From NCBI GenBank assembly GCA_024704765.1, contig JAKMXF010000070.1:1-10631 (forward strand): a stretch of 10,631 bases of DNA. The letters are read 5' to 3'. This stretch comes from Oopsacas minuta (lineage: Eukaryota; Animalia; Porifera). Under the pieces are notes generated by a model. That model was not told the origin of the DNA. It saw nothing but the letters and a program-made list of their open reading frames with translations, and searched no databases. The translations under genes were made by a program, and so were the position numbers. Every line of letters begins with the position of its first letter. Within the stretch, counting starts at the first letter, position 1. Positions 1 to 7,564 of the stretch are shown in pieces.

Positions 1-64
1 AGGAAACTTTGGTCTCGATGATGTGGTGAGTTGGTTATTAAGTGAACTGGGTGAAAAGAAAGCA
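1..64. repeat. Exact 64-bp duplicate of 7673-7736 (may extend left of the window)
   Basis: AGGAAACTTTGG...GAAAAGAAAGCA is identical base for base at 1-64 and 7673-7736. Identity stops exactly at the single N (7737). Confidence 0.95.
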
Positions 65-632
65 TATAAATCAAATTCGTGAAATTTGGCCTCAATTTAT
101 GGTTAATGTGAAAGCATGGAATCTCCCTATATTGAAAGATAATAATTATCATAATACAACTGAGTGGGATTAAGTTTACATGAGGAAATTATCGCCAGCG
201 TTACAAATATTAAAAGTTTACATGTACCCTAAGTTGTTGGCTTTGTAATAATAGATGATTTATGGGATCAGTCACCAGGATGACCATATATAGGATCAGT
301 GTTGCAGCTTGTTTCTATTGGTGGACGGAGTGGACTGTACTGAATCGGACTGACAAGGTATCATCAAGAATGTTTGTCAAAGCATTAATCGTAATTTCGA
401 ATAGTAACTTGTGCATAAATAAAATTTAGCGCCGGCCTCAGAAGGAGTGGGCCGATTCGCAAGAGTGCTCAGAAAAACAAGGTTTAGACTGCATTTTAAA
501 TTAATCCAGAGCCTATTATGCATAACGCTCAAAACTGATTATGAATTTTGGACCAGGGTCCGCGTGCCGACCAAAGTCAAATTTGAGGAATATGTGGCGT
601 GTTTGTTAAAATCATAATAACTGGGTATAATA

Positions 633-655
633 TGAGGTGCACTCGAAAGGTTTTG
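633..655. repeat. Candidate 3' TIR of mariner A
   Basis: TA followed by TGAGGTGCACTCGAAAGG resembles TA|CGAGG-type mariner termini with a CG>TG change, about 50 bp past the transposase stop. No partner is available to confirm it. Confidence 0.6.
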
Positions 656-681
656 TCGTTTATATACTTATATAATAGGTA

Positions 682-1434
682 TTACATATTATATGGCCAC
701 ATTTTTTCAAAATACTCGCTCTGACGCTCTAAATACCTTTTCATGTTTTTAAACAAGGCATCAAAGCACATTTTCCATTCTTCTTTAGGTACCTCCTCAA
801 TTGCTAAGAAAAGTGCACCGGTCAACTCTTCATTGCTGAAAAATCTCCTCCCACGAAGTTGATTTTTAGCTTTGGGAATAACCAAAAATAGCAAGGGGCT
901 AGATCTGGACTGTAGGGTGGGTGGAGTAGCGTTCCGATCCTGTAATTCTCTAAAACTCACGAATTCTTAGTGCTGTATGTGATGAAGCATTATCGTGGTG
1001 AAGCAGGATTCCTCAGACACCCGACTTCTCACGTTGTTTTCTGATAGCACTGAATACTTTGAGAAGACATATTGTGGTATACCAATCCGCGGTAACTGTC
1101 TTCCTATCCTCAAGTGCAATTCCTTCAACAAATTTACTACGTCTAAAGAAAATCACCCACATTTACTTTCCGACTGATCTAATTCTCCGGACCTTTGTTG
1201 GAGGTAAACCACCTTCTTCGACCCACTCCTTAGATCGTCTCTTCGTTTCTGGAACATAGTGGTTTGTCCATGTCTCATCGCCTGTGAGTATTTCAGAAAC
1301 AGCTCTAGAATTTCATTAACAAATCTTTTAAGCATAATTTTGCAAAAGTCCACTCGGCACTTTTTCTGATCAGACGACAAAGAATGCGGGATCCAACGGG
1401 CACATAACTTTCTAAGACCGAGCTCTTTATGTAA
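682..1434 (-). pseudogene. Mariner transposase pseudogene A
   Basis: Manual translation across frames: LHKELGLRKLCARWIPHSL ... ILTGDETW ... KTVTADWYTTICL ... GILLHHDNASSHTA ... HPPYSPDLAPC(Y)FWLFPKLK ... LRGRRF ... EYFEK. Spacing from D2 to the third catalytic position is 34 after fixing one 1-nt deletion. It has in-frame TAA and TGA stops and at least 3 frameshifts. Confidence 0.95.
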
Positions 1435-1904
1435 NNNNNNNNNNNNNNNNNNNNNNNNNNNNNNNNNNNNNNNNNNNNNNNNNNNNNNNNNNNNNNNNNN
1501 NNNNNNNNNNNNNNNNNNNNNNNNNNNNNNNNNNNNNNNNNNNNNNNNNNNNNNNNNNNNNNNNNNNNNNNNNNNNNNNNNNNNNNNNNNNNNNNNNNNN
1601 NNNNNNNNNNNNNNNNNNNNNNNNNNNNNNNNNNNNNNNNNNNNNNNNNNNNNNNNNNNNNNNNNNNNNNNNNNNNNNNNNNNNNNNNNNNNNNNNNNNN
1701 NNNNNNNNNNNNNNNNNNNNNNNNNNNNNNNNNNNNNNNNNNNNNNNNNNNNNNNNNNNNNNNNNNNNNNNNNNNNNNNNNNNNNNNNNNNNNNNNNNNN
1801 NNNNNNNNNNNNNNNNNNNNNNNNNNNNNNNNNNNNNNNNNNNNNNNNNNNNNNNNNNNNNNNNNNNNNNNNNNNNNNNNNNNNNNNNNNNNNNNNNNNN
1901 NNNN
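1435..1904. other. Assembly gap (470 N)
   Basis: Run of N. It separates mariner A from the P-element fossil. Confidence 0.98.
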
Positions 1905-2713
1905 TATCTACTTAATGTTAACTTTTTCAAATTACTTGGCCATAGTAAGGAACTTCTACCATATGTACTACACCCAAATAATAACAAACGGTCACGATAC
2001 TTAATCTTTGATTTTGTACATATATTAAAGACTATCAGGAATAATTGGCTAAACCAGAGAGATTACAATTGTACATTCACATTTTCGTGATTTCAAGATA
2101 TCTACAATTCCATCTATCCAGTTAGACAGTCAAAAGCAGCTCTTCAGGGTAACAAAATTTAATATACGAACTCGATACAATATAATAGTCTATGATTCGT
2201 ATTTTATAGGATTTCAGGTTACTCTATTAATTTGAAAAATTTCTGTGGCAAAGATTGCTCCACAGTTGATATACAAGGCCTGTTGGCCATCTTGTTTGTA
2301 ACGAGAGTGCACCACTTGCACTCAGGACTTTTGAGGAAAAGAATGTAGCTGCACTTACTATTAATCAATCTCATTTTAGAGAAGTCGAAAGAACACAAAC
2401 TAATAATTTTATTCATTTGTTTTGTTGTGCTTAGAAAATTTTTAACATAAACACAACTTGGAAAGGTCTTTTCCACTAAACTAAATGATACCCGATTTCA
2501 GTTATTATCTACTATTGGTATTTGACTAGAACAGTGGAGAGCATTACCTATTACTCATGGCAAGTTGACACTTCAAACTTTCACAAGCTTTGGTCATTCA
2601 AAAATTCTGCATCTGATCGTTATATCAATTTAAAAATTGAAAGTAAGGACAGTAATGATTGGACTTATGACTGTACTGACTGTTTTACTGAAGGAAGGTC
2701 AATACTATATAAT
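1905..2713 (+). pseudogene. P-element/THAP9-family transposase pseudogene (catalytic core fragment)
   Basis: 1905-2087 reads YLLNVNFFKLL...HPNNNKRSRYLIFDFVHILKTIRNNWLNQRDYNCTFTF, with the P-superfamily DxxH motif at D=2010. Across frameshifts it continues DFRLLY*FEK, SVAKIAPQLIYKACWPSCL(ER), SAPLALRTFEEKNVAALTI, FIHLFCCA*KIFNINTTWKG, LNDTRFQLLSTIGI*LEQWRALPITHGKLTLQTFTSFGHS, then CTDCFTEGRSI. These match the order of conserved blocks I recall for P transposases (FDxVHILKxIRNNW, KLAPxLxxKA, ERQ, WxxFN, GKLSxQTF). Confidence 0.9.
2149..2209 (+). other. Relic spliceosomal intron in the P transposase fossil
   Basis: GTAACA...TATTTTATAG, 61 bp, AT-rich, with stops in the transposase frame. It separates KAA(L/F)x from DFRLLY, which are expected to be contiguous. 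The join needs one additional 1-nt correction. Confidence 0.6.
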
Positions 2714-2775
2714 GTATGAAACTGCAAGTGATTGCATATTAAATAATAAGGCAAATAATATTAACTATTTTACAA

Positions 2776-2798
2776 CCCCTAGCCTTTAAATAACCTTG
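2776..2798. repeat. Candidate right TIR of the P-like element
   Basis: CCCCTAGCCTTTAAATAACCTTG; the reverse complement starts CAAGGTTATTTAAAGGCTAGGGG, fitting the CANRG terminal signature of the P superfamily. It lies ~85 bp after the last coding remnant. No partner in the window. Confidence 0.45.
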
Positions 2799-3077
2799 GA
2801 GAAAGAGCCTTAAACTAAGTTCAAATAGCGTGTGCATGTATTTTTCAGAGAATTTTGACAGAAGCAAATCATTACATTTAGAATAGCATCTGTTAGTTAA
2901 TTATATTGTAATCAAAATCCTGTACTCATTTGACACTTGAATGAATCCCATTTTTATGCTATATAAAATATAGTAAACTCGACTTCCTGTTATCCCTGAT
3001 CCAAAGTAGTGATCAGGCCTTATCTTTAGTAGGCTATGGATAGGGATACAATTATAGGGCCCTCTACACCCCGCGAT

Positions 3078-3088
3078 ATCCGCCACTG
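3078..3088. repeat. Solo hAT-like MITE terminus (ATCCGCCACTG)
   Basis: Reverse complement CAGTGGCGGAT fits the YARNG terminal signature. No clear partner or TSD. Confidence 0.25.
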
Positions 3089-3369
3089 TAAGAATGTTTT
3101 CAAAACCTCAAATTATACTCTCTGTATAGCACTTTATGGTGAATCTGAATTTCGCACTTAGAAAACTATTTACCACGTGTTATGTACCAACATTCCATGT
3201 ATGCATTCCTTTCCTAAAGAAACTACTGAAAATCTTGTGCATCAGAGTGTCGCCCAAAAGTTCAAATTTTGAGCTGAAGACTTATATCAACACCACTAAC
3301 AACACATCCAAACTGAGAATGATCATAAACATTTGATTTTTTTCCCACTCTAGTATATATATATAAATA

Positions 3370-3543
3370 CAGCGGAACCCGGTTAATACTATTAATGAAT
3401 AAGACAAACAAATATTTGCACAGAATCAAGCCTTAGAATGGTCATTCAATTGGCATTACTCTGGTTATCATGAACTCCCGAACTCCTGATAATGCGAACA
3501 ATATTAACTGTCAGTTGGTGTTCGTATTAACGAGGTTCCATTG
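3370..3543. mobile_element. pogo/Tigger-type MITE a (174 bp)
   Basis: Left end CAGCGGAACCCGGTTAATA versus right end TATTAACGAGGTTCCATTG (15/19 inverted match), with TA on both sides (3368-3369, 3544-3545). Confidence 0.75.
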
Positions 3544-3549
3544 TATATA

Positions 3550-3613
3550 TGTTATGGGCAGTATGAGAAATTGGGCATTATGCATAATCCCAGGCAATAA
3601 GCATAAGGCTACT
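3550..3613. repeat. Left TIR of the Ginger2-like element
   Basis: TGTTATGGGCAGTATGAGAAATTGGGCATTATGCATAAT-CCCAGGCAATAAGCATAAGGCTACT versus reverse complement of 5355-5419: 7 mismatches and 1 gap. It continues to 3628 as a match to array units (CTTATTGGACAATAT). Confidence 0.92.
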
Positions 3614-3912
3614 CTTATTGGACAATATACGAAATACAATAATCGTTACGCAATATATAATTTTCTTACCTTGATATCAGTAATTTGTATGTAATACTTT
3701 CGTCAGATTAACAAACTTATTCAATAATGAGGTTTAATCATATCTATGTTAATAATGTTATGGATGATGAATAAACTTGAAAATTCATTATAAATAATTA
3801 GGGATATCTTTCCCAAATATGTTTTAGCTAATTATTCTTCTATACATACTCAGTTACTTGGCTTACGTTTATTCTTTACTAATAGTACTATGAGGTCCCT
3901 ATTTTCACAACT

Positions 3913-4258
3913 CTACTTATTACTGCAGCTTTGGTTGTTGTGACACTTTACTGTAACATATTAGACTTGAACGATAACACTTGCACGTAGTACGAAGAGA
4001 TGTTTTCTTACAAAAGCAATGAAACATCCCTTGACCTGTCCCAACTGATTCATTGCATGCTACTTGTCGCAAAGAAATCTCTTTTCCTGTTTGGACATCA
4101 TTTATCTCTAAGAATTTATCCAGGAATGGAGTAAATTGATTTCTGGTGTAATACGAATTCATTAGACCGTATTTTGTACCTAGCTTGTAGGTACCATTGT
4201 GCTCGACTGCCACAACAACTGCTTTAATGTTTCGAAAGTCACCTTTACCTCGATCTAT
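3913..4258 (-). pseudogene. C-terminal remnant of a Ginger2 (KRBA2/SCAND3-like) transposase with Cys-rich tail
   Basis: IDRGKGDFRNIKAVVVAVEHNGTYKLGTKYGLMNSYYTRNQFTP...EISLRQVACNESVGTGQGMFHCFCKK...CKCYRSSLICYSK. Removing one A at 3947-3949 gives CHNNQSCSNK*, the CxC...CxC...CxSxCH...CxNK ending typical of this family. The integrase core is absent. Confidence 0.92.
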
Positions 4259-4465
4259 AGCAAATATAAAGGGTCCAATGGAGACCACATAAAGTTGACG
4301 TATTTGGTTCAGGTGAACCACTTACAACATAGATTGTCCGACCGGAATGCATATAGTGGAATCTAATATGATAAAATATCCTATAACTACAATCAGTTTT
4401 CAGTAATTGAATAAATTAGAAGTCGCATAATTATTACGAGACACTTAAGAGTAGCACCATGCAAT

Positions 4466-5091
4466 CAGTGACGCGCTAGAGAAGCGGCTTGAGTGCCATC
4501 AAAAAATTTTGTCAGCCCCATCAAGTGATGTGGGCTGAGAAGTAAAGGGCTAGGATCTTGAAAAAAAGTATTTAAATCTTAAACCTTTATTACTGGCTGC
4601 TTTATATACATTTTAAAAATTCGACATTGGGTAATTTCAAATATAGAATAATCACTCTTGTGTAATATCTCATTTAAAATAATCACCATTTTCTTTAATC
4701 CGAATAAATAGTAAGTTTTGCAGACCTAGAACTATCAATTGGAAACTAATATAATTATCTGCCCAAGTATGGGTCGCTTTTTAAAAAGAAAATATCGTGG
4801 TGAATTCGACACCTGAAAAATCCAGAGCCACTAGTAGAATTAGGGATGAGATTGATGAGATCACTAATTATTCCTTATGCATCAATTTTCAACCTAATTT
4901 AATTACTATCTTCCTCAATTAAACATACCGTAGTTATTAAAAAATATAATTCGTATAAGGTTTGTTAAATGGGCAGCTGATTCTAAACTATTCATAATCT
5001 TCCTAAAAATAATTACTATACCCGTATTTACTTCGATAACTTATAATTAAACGTTTAACCCCTTCAATTACGGAGAGCTAGCGCCTCCCTG
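4466..5091. mobile_element. 626-bp non-coding MITE nested in the Ginger2-like element (hAT- or P-type termini)
   Basis: TIRs CAGTGACGCGCTAG (4466-4479) and CTAGCGCCTCCCTG (5078-5091), 12/14. Perfect direct repeat ATGCAAT at 4459-4465 and 5092-5098. Array-derived TAAGAGTAGCA is present on both sides. Confidence 0.8.
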
Positions 5092-5094
5092 ATG

Positions 5095-5419
5095 CAATAA
5101 GAGTAGCATTATGCATATTACCTGGATATTATACATATTGTCCAATAAGAGTAGCATTATGCATATTGTCCCTGGACATCATACATATTGTCCAATATGA
5201 GTAACATTATGCATATTGTACAGTAGGAGTAGCATTATGCATATTGTCTCTAGACATCATACATATTGTCCACCATGAGTAGCATTATGCATATTGTCTC
5301 TAGACACTATACATATTGTCCAATATGAGTAGCATTATGCATATTGACTAAGAAAGTAGCATTTTGCATATTGCCTGGGCATTATACATAATGCCCAATT
5401 TCTCATATTGTCCTTAACA
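5095..5419. repeat. Subterminal composite tandem array (28-bp A and 22-bp B subunits)
   Basis: A=CAATATGAGTAGCATTATGCATATTGTC, B=CCTGGACATCATACATATTGTC. Units: 5095-5142 AB, 5143-5192 AB, 5193-5220 A, 5221-5270 AB, 5271-5320 AB, 5321-5348 A, then AB merging into the TIR. Confidence 0.95.
5355..5419. repeat. Right TIR of the Ginger2-like element
   Basis: Reverse complement TGTTAAGGACAATATGAGAAATTGGGCATTATGTATAATGCCCAGGCAATATGCAAAATGCTACT matches 3550-3613. Confidence 0.92.
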
Positions 5420-6376
5420 TATACACGAATAGTGGATTTCAATTTTTAGCAACTCATATTTTTGCACAAATTTTCATTGCTCAGACGCGCAGTTGCTATT
5501 AGTGGCACTTGGGTCCTGAAAATAGGTTACTCATATGCGAATATGGCTATTAAGTGAGTTGTTAATAAGCGAACTCGCTGTATATACAGATTACATGCGT
5601 TTTAATTGATAGATGTTTAATAGTATAGATAATTAAAAAATTGCATTATTAAAGTGCTCGTAAAGGCCAAGTTCTAAATTCCATAGTTGATCTCGCTCAT
5701 GTGTTATAATTACCAGTTCCTTTTCTAACATATCTTTTTCAGCTTGAAATACACAAACCTCTTTGTAGATAATCCTGTCTCTTCTCGCGTTGATATACCT
5801 TCGCTTGGAAATTCTTCCTTAACTTCTTCATTCGCCTTTTTTCATATCGATTAAGATAGTTTATGTCATTTATATCTATTGACTAATTTTCAATTATATC
5901 TTTAAAATAAATTCCAGTTTCTTTCGCTGACATGATTGTACTTATCTTTTTACTACCATAACAAATCAACGCGTATATTTAATGGTTATAAGCTCTATTG
6001 TTAGAAATACTGCTTGCCATAAATGTCTTACACTGAGCAGTTTATGAAATTAAGAATAATTTCTTAGCAGATATACGTATATTCGATATTACTACCAAAT
6101 CTAGGTCAGCCTCTATCTAAGTCGGGGTCAACAACCCCAGTAAGCAGGCTCGAATATAAACATATTAATTGTGACCTCAAATTTTGGCTATTCAGTTAAA
6201 ATCCAAAACAACATACACGTGTAATATTATTTCGAACTATTTCTTGATTGAATGGTGAAAAAAATGGTTGCAACATCGTTCAATTACGGACCTAGTCATG
6301 TACATCGTATTTTCCTATTAGTAAATAAAATATTGGAATTAATGTTAGTGTTGAGTCATCCCAACAAATTCACATA

Positions 6377-6483
6377 CAGTAGAACTCGGTTAAGACGTAC
6401 TCGATTGGGAAACAAAAAAGAACGTATTAACCGAATTATGATGTATCCGAGGTACATCTTATCCGAGTACGTCATATTAGAGT
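6377..6483. mobile_element. pogo/Tigger-type MITE b, right end truncated
   Basis: TA|CAGTAGAACTCGGTTAAGACGTACTCG. The right end CGAGTACGTCATATTAGAGT matches 15/20 but lacks the final TCTACTG. Internal ~14-bp repeats (GTATTAACCGA, ATCTTATCCGAG). Confidence 0.6.
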
Positions 6484-6484
6484 A

Positions 6485-6652
6485 CAGTAGACGCTCGTTA
6501 ATACGTACAGCAGGGGACTGCCAAAATTCGTACTCCTTATCCGGAGTATGTATTACCCGAACTAATTTACATTGAAAAAGCATTGAAAGGGCCCAGATAA
6601 AGTGTACAAAATTGTACTCCTTAACCGTGTTCGTATTTACGAGACTCTACTA
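6485..6652. mobile_element. pogo/Tigger-type MITE c (168 bp)
   Basis: CAGTAGACGCTCGTTAATACGTAC versus GTTCGTATTTACGAGACTCTACTA (19/24 inverted match), with TA at 6483-6484 and 6653-6654. Internal GTACTCCTTA(T/A)CCG occurs twice. Confidence 0.75.
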
Positions 6653-7564
6653 TACGTAGTAACCAGGTCAAGGTTGTTAGTGTCATTATGATTCTACGTA
6701 CATAGTATACGAATAATGACCCAGAAATTATTATTATTGGTAGAAGTTTAGCAACATCCAGATTTCTAACGATTAGATAAAAATCCTATTGTGATTAGAA
6801 TCAGATTTGATAGTATAAAAGGATTTTTACCGTTCTTATCATTGAGACGTCTTATCCTAATACGTACTAACAGAATCATTTATAATGGATTAAATAGAAT
6901 AAATTTCGGTTATTGTAGACAAAGTAAGTTTGTATTTGCATTAATTCCATGTATTCAATCCTGTTCTTGCCCTCTATCGCGTTACATTCCGTAATATTAA
7001 TATCTTTAGGAGCATATTTTCTTGAAAGTTTTATGTATATACATCAAATAGAATACGAAACTTCACACTAGGATAATGATAATACCTTTTCAATATCCTT
7101 CTTTTCTCTTTTAGAAAGGGTACGTTTCATGGGTTTTTATAAAAAATTGAAACAATAAATAAGTTAAAGAAAGTATGATCAAATTGACATTAGAATATTA
7201 CATATTGAATGGTAACTACATCAGGATTCTAACACTAATGTTGATTAGTATGACAGGGACTGAGTAGAATTTGAGCGATTAAAAATCAATAAATGATTCC
7301 GGAATTCATTACTTATTATCTTTGATTGCTTTTCTTAGTTGAATGAGGTTAATATCACCTACTATTCATAAAATGATAAAACGGATAGTTGCAAAATATT
7401 AAATTACTTAGAATTAATTATTGCAACTTTCGATATGCGAAGTATATTACAAAACTCAGATTGTATTGGTAAGAATTGTAAAACGCTCACTTACGTAAGT
7501 TTGAATAACTATGAAATAAAATATGGATTACCTCTGGCCTTCTAGAGAAGTGGTGTGTAAGATA

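Larger units (their letters stand above)
633..1434 (-). mobile_element. Mariner (Tc1/mariner, DD34D) element A, 3' ~60%; 5' part lost in the N gap
   Basis: Transposase remnant (next feature) followed by a mariner-like end, TA|TGAGGTGCACTCGAAAGGTTTTG (TA at 631-632). The partner TIR is not visible. Confidence 0.9.
3550..5419 (-). mobile_element. Non-autonomous Ginger2-like DNA transposon (integrase-type), internally deleted
   Basis: TGT...ACA termini, 65-column TIR alignment with 57 identities, TATA on both flanks (3546-3549, 5420-5423), and an internal C-terminal remnant of a KRBA2/SCAND3-type integrase. Confidence 0.88.

Noticed and set aside
172-300. Short direct repeats AAGTTTACATG (172-182, 214-224) and GGATCAGT twice
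   Set aside because: Only two copies each, with no TIRs or array; chance or old slippage.
470-490. CAAGGTT at 478 preceded by CAGAAAAA as the left P end (6/8 to GAGAAAGA after 2798)
   Set aside because: Only 7 bp match the candidate TIR, and no P coding sequence was found in 478-632; compatible with chance.
995-1259. Plus-strand ORFs of 60 and 66 aa
   Set aside because: Antisense shadows of mariner A transposase.
1427-1987. 186-aa ORF
   Set aside because: Artefact of translating through the N gap.
2219-2719. ORFs 2219-2476 (-) and 2522-2719 (+) as host exons, including an apparent phase 1-1 exon at 2502-2642
   Set aside because: Better explained as antisense or off-frame readings of the P transposase fossil.
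3120-3345. AATC(C/T)GAATTTCG motif recurring at ~3143, ~7905 and (reverse) ~10522
   Set aside because: Probably fragments of an old dispersed repeat; no boundaries or TSD could be defined, so it is not called.
3470-3694. 74-aa ORF
   Set aside because: Crosses the MITE a end, the TSDs and the Ginger TIR.
5056-5066. TTAACCCCTT as a piggyBac end
   Set aside because: No partner end; it lies inside the nested MITE.
5095-5419. CRISPR-like appearance of regularly spaced repeats
   Set aside because: The intervening sequences are themselves repeats (no unique spacers), there are no cas genes, the context is eukaryotic, and the array is continuous with a TIR.
6125-6139. GGGGT-CAACA-ACCCC hairpin as a Helitron 3' end
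   Set aside because: 5-bp stem with no properly spaced CTRR and no 5' end.
6252-6583. Overlapping 107-aa and 75-aa ORFs
   Set aside because: They run through MITEs b and c; repetitive non-coding origin.
7489-7500. Perfect palindrome ACTTACGTAAGT (splice donor on both strands)
   Set aside because: Several 12-bp palindromes are expected by chance in 10 kb of AT-rich DNA, and no exon structure supports it.
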